Positions 35,923-47,756 of a stretch of 64,000 bases of DNA are shown one piece after another. Under the pieces are notes generated by a model that was not told the DNA's origin, ran no database searches, and was given only the letters and a program-made list of their open reading frames with translations. How positions within the stretch are numbered: the first letter of the stretch is position 1; the number at the start of each line of letters is the position of its first letter. A program made the position numbers and the translations under genes. Where the stretch lies: assembly GCA_039621445.1 (NCBI GenBank), contig CP154954.1, positions 37,929,703 to 37,993,702 of the forward strand, written 5' to 3'. The DNA comes from Euglena gracilis (taxonomy: Eukaryota).

Positions 35923-38900
35923 CCCTTTTTGAACTTCAATGGGCGTGGATCTTTTTCCATTGTGCAGTGTAAGGCTTTTTATTGGGTAAAAATAACACGG
36001 CGGAGTGCAAATTTTGGCGATTTGGCTAACTAACTGTTGACAGACGTAGTTATGATGGACGATCGGAAGGCTGCAGAAGTGAATTCATCCCTGAAATCCT
36101 GCAAATGCCTATTTTTTTTTGTGGCAGAACATGTTATAGAGTCACTTTGTAGAACCAGTTTGGAATATTGCTTGCAGATATTTTGAAAATTGACATTTTT
36201 TGGCCGAAATGGCAGGGTCAAGGGGGGGGCAGGGGGCGGGCCGATCCTACCCAGTTTAGACCCCTTCGCGCGTGAATAACTCCGGCCTGGCGGGGAGTTG
36301 GGGGTCAAACCCAGGTGATTCGGAAACTGAAATCCAGTCGCTCGCGACAGAAAAAAAAATTCCGGGAACCGGGCCGGGATCATGGTGATAATCCGCCGGT
36401 TCCCAAGGTGACCCCGACCCGGGGGGGCCGGGGGGGGGGGGTCGAGGGGGGGTTTCGCCAGGGGTAAGCTTCGTTCTTACCCATAAAGGGATGAGAGCTC
36501 AGCGACCAGGGTGTGACGTAGAGCTGAGCTCTTTGGGGGACCACTCCGGCCCGGCCCGCGAAAAACGCCCATTTTTGGCCTAAAAACATGTTTTCTGGGT
36601 CCGGGAGACCATAAAACATCGTTTCGGGCAAAATTTTTTTTCGCTTTTTTTCGACTTTTTTGACCCGGGTTTGACCCAAAATCAATGGGTTGGCGAACCA
36701 AAAAGGGGCCCTGACGGGTCGAAAAACGCTCATTTTCAGCTCAAAAACACTTTTTCCCGGTCCGGGAGGCCAAAAACATGGTTTTGGGCGGAAAAAAAAT
36801 TCGATTTTTTTTCGACTTTTTGGCCCGAAAACGGCTAAGTCGGACAGTGGGAAAAGTGTACAAAACGGCCATTTGGACCGAAAAACGGCCATATCTCGGC
36901 CCAGGCGGGGAGTTGGCCCAAACTGCGAACACCGGTTGATGGGGCTTCCCAAAGTTGTGGAATGAGGTACTCTTTACTTTTTCTCAACTCCCCAGCGTTT
37001 TCGAGATATTCTGAATTTTTCGATTTTTTAACCCCAAAAATGACCCCCTGTTGCCGGTCCAACAAAATTTCTTTGAAAAAAAAACGGTAGACAACTTTTT
37101 TGCTCGGGTCATATCTCCGGACTGGCGGGGAGTTGGGGGGAAAGTGAGAGCTCTGGACAAACTAGGGACCCTCTCCTAACCTATAGGCTATTAACTTTTC
37201 GGGTCCGGAAATCAGGTCACATCAATAATCCGCGGGTGCCATTTCCTACTCAGGGAGGGGGGCCCCGCAGTCCAGGCGTACCTCAGAGACCCGGTCCCCG
37301 AGTCTCCACTGCCCCCACGGGTAGAGGTCGCCGCCCCCGCGTGTCGAGCCGCAGGGACGCCCCAGCTCGGTATCCCCCCCTCCCACCAGGGGGCCCCATT
37401 CCCGTGCACCCCCATGACCCGGCCCTGCGGCGAGGGGGCACCACCACGGGAGGCGTGCCCCTGCATGGCCACGGTGCGGAAAGAAAGCTGATCCCAGCAG
37501 TTCTGAAGCTGCCCCCACCCCCCGGTGTAAAACCGTTTGGAGACGGACTCCAACGCTTTCACAGTATTTCCACCGTTTCCCCCCCCCCCATTCGCAAGCA
37601 CCCCGGGGCAAAATGATCATCAATCACCAACCTGAAGGGGGTATGATCCCCGTGTCCCCCCCCCGTGTCCCCCCCCGTGTCCCCCCCGTGTCCCGCACTT
37701 CAGGGGGGTCCCTAGAAGGCGGCCAAGGCAACACACATCACAAATTTTTAGCTGTTTGGCATCATTTTCCACGGTTTTTCATGGATTCTCAAGGCCATTT
37801 GATTTCCCCCCACCCACAATCCTTTTTTTTTCACCTAGGATGGCCTGGAGCTTGGCTCGGGGTCAATGTGAAATGAATTTTTGGTCCCTCAAAAAATCGC
37901 AAATTTCGTCCCGGAAGGCCCCGAAAAGAGGCATGTTTCCCCCGTGTCCCCCCCCGTGTCCCCCCCCCCCGTGTCCCCCCCGTGTCCCGCCCCACCCCCG
38001 AACAATGGGGTGGCCAAACAGACTGATCTTTTGCCTGGCGAGAAGGGATGGGGGGATGTCACCCCAAATCGACCCAACGCATCATTTGGGGCACATTTTG
38101 GGGCAAATTTTTCAGAAAATTGCCAAAAAAAAGTTTCGGTGCAGAGTGCCGGAAAAGAAAATTTTGACGCTTCGTGGGGCCCTCTGGGGTGGCAGGTGGG
38201 TGGGGTGATGGGTATCCTTCACCCCACTGCACGGGGTATCCCCCATGCAGTCGGCCCTGCAGTGGGCGTTTCGGCAAAACCGAAGCAGGGGGGGGTTTCC
38301 GGGGGGTGGTAAGCTTCGCCCTTACTCTAAAGAGATAAGAGCTCAGCGACCCCCCCCCCTACCACCTTACCACCCAGGGGGGGTCGGCCACCTACCTCAC
38401 TACCGAAGGGCTTCCCATCCAACCCTTGAGGGAAATGTGTTTTTTGGCTGGTTTTGTGCCAAAATGGGCACTTCAGGCAAATGGGTACAAAAAATTCGAC
38501 TGCCAGCACACCCCTCCGTCCTGAGTCCTGTGTTTAAAACGCAGGACTCAGGACGGAGTACACGTCTAAGTAGCAGCTTTTGCCACAGAAGATGTCCTCC
38601 AGTTTATCCTCGGTCAGACGGCGATAACACCCTCTTGGTCGATGGACTGCATGTGCAGCATTCAACCCGAACCCGGCACAGCTGGGGTTTTATGTTTTGA
38701 GAAAAACATATGCTTTTTTAAAAAAAACTTTTTGAAAACTTTTTTGGCTTTGTTTTGAACGAGCTGCCAGTTATGCTGGCGTTCGGATGGACAGGCATTC
38801 CAAAAAAACACACTGCAGGCAAAGGGTAACAAAAAATTGGCAAGTCCCAAAAATTTGCAAAAAAGTTCCAACAGTGCCAGACCACGGAGTCCCAAACCTC

Positions 38901-39122
38901 TTGACAAAATACTCTTTTATTTTAAAAAAGGTTCCAAAAACTTTGGCAAATTCCAAAAATTACGGCAAAAGGTGCACAAATATTTTGCAAAAGGAACACA
39001 AAATTTTTGGCAAAAGTGCCAAAAATTATGGCAAAGCATCCCGCAAACTGTGAGCGTTAGGTGTGATGCCGCTGAACTTGAAAAAATAAAAATGTCTCTA
39101 CACACAGTACTTTTTACATGTA

Positions 39123-40053
39123 CAGTGCAGCTAAAAATTACGGAAGACAGAAATTTTGGCAAAAATACCCAAATTTTGCCATAATTTTTTATCCCGTAAT
39201 TTTCTCACTCCGTCGGTTTCCGACGCCCTCTTGTGAAGCTGCAAGCACACTGCCGGGATGGCCCTGCTTTGACTCCTCAGAGTCGATGAGGACACAATGT
39301 GTCTTCGTGGTCAGCAAAACAACCGTCACACACAAACTCGTCACAGCTAACGCGTTTACGGGCTGTTTGTGTGCTTCATTCAGAAGGATGTGTGGGTTCA
39401 GCACAAAGGGATGCTTTGAGGCAGGGCGGTTGTTAAGCAAATAAAAAAAAAAAACTCCCCTTTCACAGCACACAGCACATTCAACAAAAAGTCCAAAGAG
39501 AGAAATGACCTCCTTCATCGCCCATCCACCCAAAAGGGCAAAAATTACGTTTTGCAACGTATGTGCCACTACAGCTCGAGCGATCGCAGCCACTGGGGGA
39601 CAGAAAAATACGTTGAGCACGCAACCAAGAGAAAAATGTCGCTCACCTGTGCTGGAAGTCAATCCTTCATGGGGACCAGACCTCATTTTCTGTGCAGCAT
39701 CGTGCACCTCAGCCATTTCGGAATCTGTCAGAATGCGCCTGCGGCCACGTTTTTCATGCTCGTATATGAACCATCGTCCTTCCAAAATTTCAACCAGCAA
39801 TGAACTGTACTCCTTGCCTTGGAAGATGCAACCTCACACAGCACAACACGTGGGACGGCATGTGAATTCATGGCTAAAGAGGAGAAAAAGGAAAACTAAA
39901 ATTCCTCCTTTTAATAAGGAAGAAAGAAAAATTTTTTGGAACAAACCAGATTTTGCCAAAATTTATTTTTCCAAAAGAAAAAATTTGCCAAAAATTTTTT
40001 CTCGTATTTTTTTTTGCCGTAAATTTTGTCTTCCGCAATCATTAGCCACACTG
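39123..40053 (-). mobile_element. Deleted Tc1/mariner-pogo-like transposon with transposase remnant
   Basis: TA-CAGTG...CACTG-TA with ~33-bp TIRs. Minus strand reads KARSTVHCWLKFWK, then after a frameshift KRGRRRILTDSEMAEVHDAAQKMRS..GLTSST|VAAIARAVV across a short GT-AG intron. Confidence 0.75.
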
Positions 40054-42967
40054 TAAATGTAAATTGAAATCAACACATCAACAACAGACTGTGCATAATC
40101 AATTTCCCTCCCATCGGGCAGCAAAAATCAACAAAAAATTGGGGCGAAGTGCACCACCTCCAATTGACCCCCCCACCTAATGGAGAAAATAGCCAAACGA
40201 AAATTTTTGACCTCCTAATTGAGAATGGCTGGCAGCTGGGGTGGGAGATTTTTTTTTGAACGGTCCAAAAATGGCAAATAAAAAATGGCCGGAAAGGGGC
40301 AATTTTGGACGACTGCGGCAATTTTGAAAAATCACCACCGATATTTTACACCATGGTCAAATGTGTCATTTGTGTATGGTTGGCCAACACCCTCTCCCAA
40401 ATTGATAGCTAAATTGATAGCTCCCTACAACATTGTGATTGAAAGTTGTCCCCAAGCTCCTTTTTCAAGGCCCCGGGGGGTCACCCGCCCACCTGCCCCC
40501 GCTCGGCGCCCCCACCCAGGGGAGGGGCAGGGACCTCCCCCAGTCGGGTCCATTGTGATTTGGTGGGGAATTTGATGGTTTTGGATTTTTGATTTTTGGA
40601 GGCTTTGGAAATGTACAATTCTTTGCAATTTTTGCTTTTGCAATTTTTTTGGATTCCAAGCGTTTGCTCATTATCCAAGTGTTATTTACCTTGTTTTTCT
40701 ATTACAGTGGCTCACTGTTCAATTGACTTTCTGAATAATCCAATTTCTGGCCAATTATCCCAATCCTGGCAACCTCAAAAAACAGCTGATTAATTCCCCT
40801 TCCCAGTACCCCCGAAGAGCCAGCGCACAAGAAGGCAACAGAGTTGAAAATGCAGGCCCCATTGCGCCAAATGAGCTCAACTCGATGAAAACAAATGGGC
40901 AAAGAAAGTTTGATCCAGCCTGTGGGGCCAATATCTTGGGTTTTTGGGGACAGGTTTTGGGTAAACCCTCCCCCCAAATAATACCCCCCCCCCCAAATAA
41001 TACCCCCCCAAATTCCACCCCCCCCCCTCGGGGTCCGACTTTGGTGACTGGGTTAATACCCCCCCCCCGCCCCCCGGATTTCGGGGCCGAAGGCCCGGAT
41101 TTTGACCTGAAAATGTAAGTAAAAATCACAATCTGACAACAAATTACAGAAAAAAATCGATTTTTCTGGGTCTAAATAAATTTCAGAAGAAAGTTCAAAA
41201 AATGAAGTTTCAAAAGGTTTTGGCGCTATTTTGGATCCTATGGGACTTCAAAAAATTTCGAAAATTTTGGGGTGCTATTACCCCCCCCCAAATAATACCC
41301 CCCCCCCTTGGGCCGGGATTTGGGGCAAAAAAATAATACCGGGGGGGGGCTTACAAAGGGCCAATATTTTGCTCATATTGCAAACATTGCAAGGCGGTGC
41401 AATATCTCACCAAATATGACCCCCCTTCCCAGACGCAAGATCAATGCCCCCACAAGCACCAACCTTGCCGCCACCTGCCTCTGAAGCAAATTACATCCTT
41501 GAGAAATTTAATTAGGAACCAGGTAGCAAAATAACCTGCCCCCCCAGATAGACCCAAGCAAAGGTCCCAGGGGGTTCTTAGGGGGGTCTTGTATTGGAGG
41601 GGCATGGCGGAGGGGGTGTTCCCCCCGTGACCCCCCCGTGACCCCCCCCCGTGACCCCCCGTGACCCGAACAAGGACCCTTTTCCGCGAAATTTTGTGGG
41701 GAAATTTTTTGGCCGGTGATGCCTAATTTGGTAAATTTGTCAGGCAGATTCCTAATTTTGAGGTGTAAAATTTTCAATTTTGGGCTTGGTGATTCCTAAT
41801 TTGGTGTCAAAACCCTAATTTCAGGTGTGGGTATTCCTAATTTGTGGAATTTTCCCCCAAAAATTCCGGCTCGGTGATTCCTGATTTTGCCACCAAAAAT
41901 GTGGTGTTCCCCCCGTGCGCCCCCCCCCCCGTGACCCCCCCCGTGATCCCCCCCCGTGACCCCCCCGTGACCCGAACCACCCCCGGAGGAGTGATCCATA
42001 TTGGGCGGAGAGGACATTTTTGGTGGGTTTTGGTTTTTCACCTCCAAAATTTGACTTCAAAAATGCAGCTGGATTTGAGCTTTTATGCCTGTTGTTGGGG
42101 GACCCACTGGGTCCATTTGCCAGCCCACCAGACCCCGAACAAGGAAATAAGATTCGCATAAAATTGTGAGAAAGAGATCACATGAACATTTTTTTTTCCG
42201 GCCCAGATGGCCGTTTTGTACACTTTTCCCACTGGCTGACTTAGCCGTTTTCGGGGGGTGGGGGGTCAAAAAATCAATGTTTTCAAAATTTCTCGAAAAT
42301 GATGCAAAATCAAAGGAAATTTCCGGAGACCTGATTTGAAGCCCTTGGAATACCCTATCTACTGGGATTTTGGTTTCCCTGCAACTCCCCGCCTAGCCCG
42401 AGATGCGTTTACGAGAGCGAGAACGAGAGTTTTTTTTTACGAGAGCGTTTTTCGGCCAATCTGGGACATTTTGTACATTTTTCCACTGTCCGACTTAGCC
42501 GTTTTCCGCCCAAAAAGTCGGAAAAAAGCGAAATAAATCGAAATTTTTTTTTGCCCGAAACGATGTTTTTTTGGCCTCCCGCACCCGGACAAACTGCTTT
42601 TGAGCCGAAAATGACCTTTTTTCGACCCGCCAGCGCCCCGTTTTGGGCCGCCAACCCATTGACTTTGGGTCAAAACCGGGTCAAAAAGTCGGAAAAAATT
42701 CGAAATTTTTTTTTGCCCGAAACGATGTTTTTTGGGCTCCCGGACCCAGAAAAGGTGTTTTTTTTGAGCCAAAAAAGAGCGTTTGTCCACCCCCCGGCGC
42801 CCCGTTTCGGGCACAAAACCCTTGCATTTCAGTCAAAAGAGCTCCTTGTAGTGGGCCGGTTTAAATGGGGGGTCAATGAAGGGGTGGGTGCGCGCTCATT
42901 AAGAGCTCAGCACTACTCAGAACCTGGTCCGACCCCTCCCCTAGATGTTGGGGAGGGGTCCGCACCC

Positions 42968-43756
42968 CAGGGTTCGATATAAGAAGGGCGTACATGGTTT
43001 AGGTGGGGGTCCCCCCCACCCCCCCCCTCCTGACCCGCAGGGGGGGGTCCGGACCCCCCCCCACCTGCAAGGGGCGTCCGGACCGACCCTGGGGGGGGTA
43101 CCCTCACCCCCCCCCTATTTGGCTAATGGCCGGGCTCCTTCAGACCCCCAATTAGCCAATTAGGGGGGGGGGGACAATTAGGGGGGGGCTCGAGGACCCC
43201 GACCCCATAATTTTTGACGTGTGCAAAATTGGTCGATTTTTTGTGCATTTTTGGATTGGTTATGACTTCTTCTTATCCGGCAATTTTTAAAATTTTCGAA
43301 ACGGACGTTTTTGGAGGTTTTCTGAGCCCTTGCCGAAATTGGCCAAAGTTGGCCAAGGGAACGTCCATTGGCCAATTGGGCTAACCCCCCCCCCTAATTG
43401 GCTAATGGACCTCCCTTAAGGACCCCCCAATTAGCCAATTAGGGGGGGGGGGCAATTAGGGGGGGTGAGGGTACCCGGGCCCGGGACCCCCCCCAAAAAG
43501 GGTCAATTTTTTCCTCCGGCGCTTTGCGCCGAAAATTTTTTGCATTTTTGGCCATTTTTTGCCCAAAAAATGTCCAAAATGGCACTTTTGGTCGATTTGG
43601 GGGTCAAGAATTTTCGGCCCGGCGTTTTGCGCTGGGCCGAAAATCGGTCACCCTGACCGCGCCACTGTTTAGCTGGGGGGGTGTCCCCACCCCCCCCCCC
43701 CTCCTCGCCCGCAGGGGGGTCCGGACCCCCCCCTCCTCTCCTTTTATCGAACCCTG
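42968..43756. mobile_element. hAT-like element containing a TA-flanked MITE (43101-43471)
   Basis: CAGGGTTCGATA / TATCGAACCCTG with perfect TSD CCGCACCC. The empty TA site is seen in the relative near 15030. Confidence 0.88.
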
Positions 43757-44998
43757 CCGCACCCCCTCACCCCCCCTCCTTGACAGGTGCCAAAGATAAC
43801 AGAAAATTTCTTCCGGGGCTGTGCGCCAGAAAATGAGCACAAACACCCCTTTTGCTGACTTTTGGCTATATTGCCCATTTTTTTTGATGTGTTGGTGTTT
43901 TCCCCCAAAAACATGTTCAAAAAATTTCAAATAATGAGCAATTTTGGATCGATTTTCGAAGAAAAATCAGGGATTTTTGACCGATTTCGACCCGATTTCC
44001 GGCCCTTTGCCCGTCCATGAAATCGAAAATTTTTCGGCCCCCCCTCAGTTTCGAGGCAGGAGGGGGGGTCCGACCCACCCGCCCCCCTCCGTGTCGGGAG
44101 GGGGGTTCCGACCCCTCAAGGCTTCCCATTCATCCCTGCTCACCCCCCAATTGGCTACTTGTCCAGGGAAATCCAGGGAAGCGGAGATTTTGCGGGTGTC
44201 AAATTTGCTTTCGGCGCCTTCGGCGTCGAAGGCAAATGGCCACTTTCCTTGAGGAGGCAAATTTGGCAAAACGCTTTGGTCACTTCGGGGGGACACTGAG
44301 AGGGGTGAAGCATTTCCACTGGGTATGATCTGATTTACATCAGCTGTGTTGCTCTGAAGAGCCGTGGGGTTGCAGTGGTATGTTCAGAGAGTGATTTGTT
44401 GGATTTAGAAAGCATTTGCAAAAAATCACAAATTTTTTTACTGCCAAGTACCAAAGTCTCTGCAACAGAATCCCAAAAATTTGACAGCAGTCTCAAAAAT
44501 TTTGGCGAAAGGTCCCAGGCGTTTTGGCAAAGGAGCCCAAAATTATGGCAAAGGTGGTCAACAATTTTAGCGGGACGGTCCAAAATTGTGAGTGTTAGGT
44601 GTAAATGAGCGTCGAGGCGAGGAAATGAAAGTCGTCAGAGCACATTTTTGCTTCATGTGGGGCTAACGTCTTGGGTAAGGAGTGCCAATATTCATGGCAC
44701 TTGGGGTCAATATTTTGTGTACCAGGGGCCTGGGATTTGGGACTTGGGGCCAAATTTCAAGGACGAGGTGCCGACATTTCCAGGAATGGCTGTAAATGAA
44801 GCTCTGGAACGTCCTGCCTTTTCCCCTGATTCCACAGCCATTTTGGGAACAGGAATAATTTGGGGGAGCACGGACCGATTCATCAGTTGAACGCGATGAA
44901 CTGCAGTCGGTTTGAACCAAAGTTCAAGAACAGGAAGAATGCCTCCGAATTGACACCATTTTGTACAGTCATTTTTACCAGTCTGGTGCTATTCACAG

Positions 44999-45105
44999 AT
45001 TTACAAACTGCATTCTTGGGAGTGGATACCAACCGGAACGGGTGGATCTGCCGGGATGAGTTTGGTGCTATTTTCAAAGCTCTCAATTTCCCCATTGCGC
45101 AAGAG
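44999..45105 (+). CDS. EF-hand protein exon (DLQTAFLGVDTNRNGWICRDEFGAIFKALNFPIAQE)
   Basis: Canonical EF-hand loop DTNRNGWICRDE; AG and GT boundaries. Upstream exons not resolved. Confidence 0.9.
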
Positions 45106-45279
45106 GTGGGCTGCATTTGCTTTTGTTTGTGTTCATGTCTGCCATTTTCGCCCCCTTCAAGTGCATTATTTATTATCATGCATTATTTTGGGTTTCAGGG
45201 GCAGACAATTTAGCAACCCCAATGGATTTTAGAATCCATTTTGTAATTTCTGTTCCTTTTTTCCATTTGAAACCATGTA

Positions 45280-45591
45280 ACCCCCCCCCAATAAGTGCGC
45301 AGTGCCCTAATAAGTGCGCAACTATCTCAGGTCGAAAAGCACACACAATTCTCAAAACTGTCTTTTTCAGACCCAATATTTCTATCGTCCAAGCCCAAAT
45401 TTGACACATTTGACACATAATCACTTGACACATAACTTGAAATCACAAAACAGGGAGAAAAATGAAAAAGAGTGGGGGTAACGTTTTTGGCTTTGCCCTA
45501 AAACGTGCGCAATGCCCTAATAAGTGCGCACCCCTTGGGGTCCGAAACTACGTCCTTAAAATGCGCGCACCCGTGCACTTATAGGGGGGTT
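45280..45591. mobile_element. TA-flanked MITE (TAATAAGTGCGCA family); relatives near 53200-53420 and 62405-62780
   Basis: Short TIRs and shared internal sequence among the three copies. Confidence 0.65.
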
Positions 45592-47597
45592 TATGCGCAA
45601 AAGAGGTTGCCCCCAAATCACCCCCCCCCTCCAAATAGTGAACCCCACTCAAAAATTATATAATTCCTCTGAGGCTGGAGGTTGTATATATATGGCACAA
45701 ACCCGGGTGAGGGTAGGGGTACATTCTCAATGAGAGAGAAGGGTTTGGGTGGAGTTGCTGCTACCTACCCAGGGCCTCCCCTTTCCCCGGCGTTTGGCTT
45801 AGCTCTAAACAGCTTACTCTAAAAAGATAAGAAAGATAAGAAAAGAAAGATAAGATAAGAGCTCAGCGACCGCCCCCCCCCCCCATATGACCGCCCCCCC
45901 CCCCTCAAAAAAGACAGAAGCTCTTTTGACCCAGCCCAAAAAAAAATCGCCAAAAGTGGCCTTTTTTCAAAAAAAAATGGCCATAATTTCCCGGTTTTTG
46001 TCCAATGGGGCTTAGCCTAGCACAAACAGCCATACCCATTCGAAAAATCTCCCACCCAGGCTTCTTTACCAACCCCAGAGGGTGCCTTATGCTATGGGGT
46101 GCCTGCCCATAGCAGGCACCCCCCACGAGGGGTTTCGCCCCCCGTTGCCTGCCAACTCAGCCATTTTCCCCTTGAAAATGGCTACTTTCGGGCCCCCAGC
46201 ACCTTAGAGTGGGGGGATGCGTTGAGTGGGGGGTGGTGTGAGTGGGGGAATGCGTTGTTGAGGGGTGGCAGGGGGGAACACAACATGGACCCTCAAAAGG
46301 CGACACAGAAAAATGCAAACAAATGCAAAAAAAGCACACAAAACAATCAAAAAAAACTCAAGTTTGCATGTAAAAATCCTTTAGGAGCTCCCCCAGGATG
46401 TGCATTTTCTGCTGGAGAGGATTTGGAAAGGTTTTTGGCTCCGCCGGCCTGGAAAAAATAATTTTGACATAAAAAATCAGTATTCTGTTGCAAAAAATGC
46501 AAAAAATAACAAAAAATGCACAGATTTTTGGTCTCGGGGGAAAATCTGGACCAAAAGAATTTCTCACAATAAAAAATTTTCCACCAAAAACCAAAAATCT
46601 CCAGAAAAAAAGCACAAACAAAGACAAAAAAATGCAAAGAAACGCAAATTTTGCCAAAATCAGAAACACAAAAAAACCCGCAAAAAATGCATTTGTGTTC
46701 CGCCCCTGTGTGTCGGGGTGGGGGGCTGGGGGGTTGGGGTACGTAGGGTCATGTGGGGTGCTGTGGGGGGCTCCACTTTACACCACCTCGTTTTGGGGCG
46801 TAATATCTCAGGCTGAGGCGGGGAGTTGCCGGGAAATCGAAACATCATTTGATTGGGCGTTTTAAGGGCTTCAATCCAGGTCTCCAAACATTTTCCTTGA
46901 TTTTGCTGCATTTTCGAGACATTTGGCATTTCGCGAAATTTTGGCCCCAAAAAACGGCCAAAATTGGCCGAGAACGTGGCCGTTTCTTTGGCCAGAAGGG
47001 GAGAAAAAAGTGAACCGACGGGCATATTAAGCTTTCCTTAAATTTTATTTTAGGTCGCCTGACATGTATGTCTTTATATTCCACAATTTCTGAGAAATTT
47101 GGGGAAATCGACTTTTTTACCCAAAAGCCAAAACGGCAGGGCCAGAAGCCTGCAGCGCTTTTTTGGTTTAGGCGGAAAGTTGAATCAAATTTGGCATGGC
47201 GAAACTTTTCATTTTTGCTGTTTTTTTTGGCTTTCGTGGTTTTTATTTAATGGAAAAAATGCGAGTTATTGTCCAAAATATACACCATGTTGATTGATGT
47301 GTAGTGTTCCAGAATGAAGAAAAAAAAACTCCCCAGAGGAGAAAGCCTAAAAATGTGCATCCTGGGGGAACTCCTGAAGCAATTTACATGCAAATTGTGT
47401 TTTTTGTGTTTTTGTGTTGTTTACATGTGTTTTTTTGAGAGTCCTGTTGCGTCTTTCCCCCCTGGGGGTGGGTCCAAACCTCCTCCCAAATCCATGGGGG
47501 GATGGTCTTGATCAGGGATCAAGACCAAGGCCGGGGTGGAGACCCGCCTCTGGTTTTTAGAACAGTGGAGGATTTACAAGGGAATGGAAAAGTTGAC

Positions 47598-47756
47598 TCT
47601 AACTCCAACCCTGACCCCAAACACTGACCCTGACCCTGACCCTAACATTCACCCCAGCCCTGATTTTGACCTTAGCCCTAACTCTTACCCTAACATTGAT
47701 CCTAACCATTACCCTACCCCTGATCCTGACCTGACCCTAAATTTGACCCTAAGTGC
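47598..47756. repeat. Degenerate telomere-like hexamer tract (CCCTAA/CCCTGA)
   Basis: 6-bp periodicity with many variant units; interstitial. Confidence 0.7.

Noticed and set aside
40800-44377. Upstream EF-hand gene exons (…PPPASEANYILEKF near 41500 joined to 44337-44377)
   Set aside because: An in-frame path exists and resembles the later helix, but terminal pairing is weak and alternatives could not be excluded.
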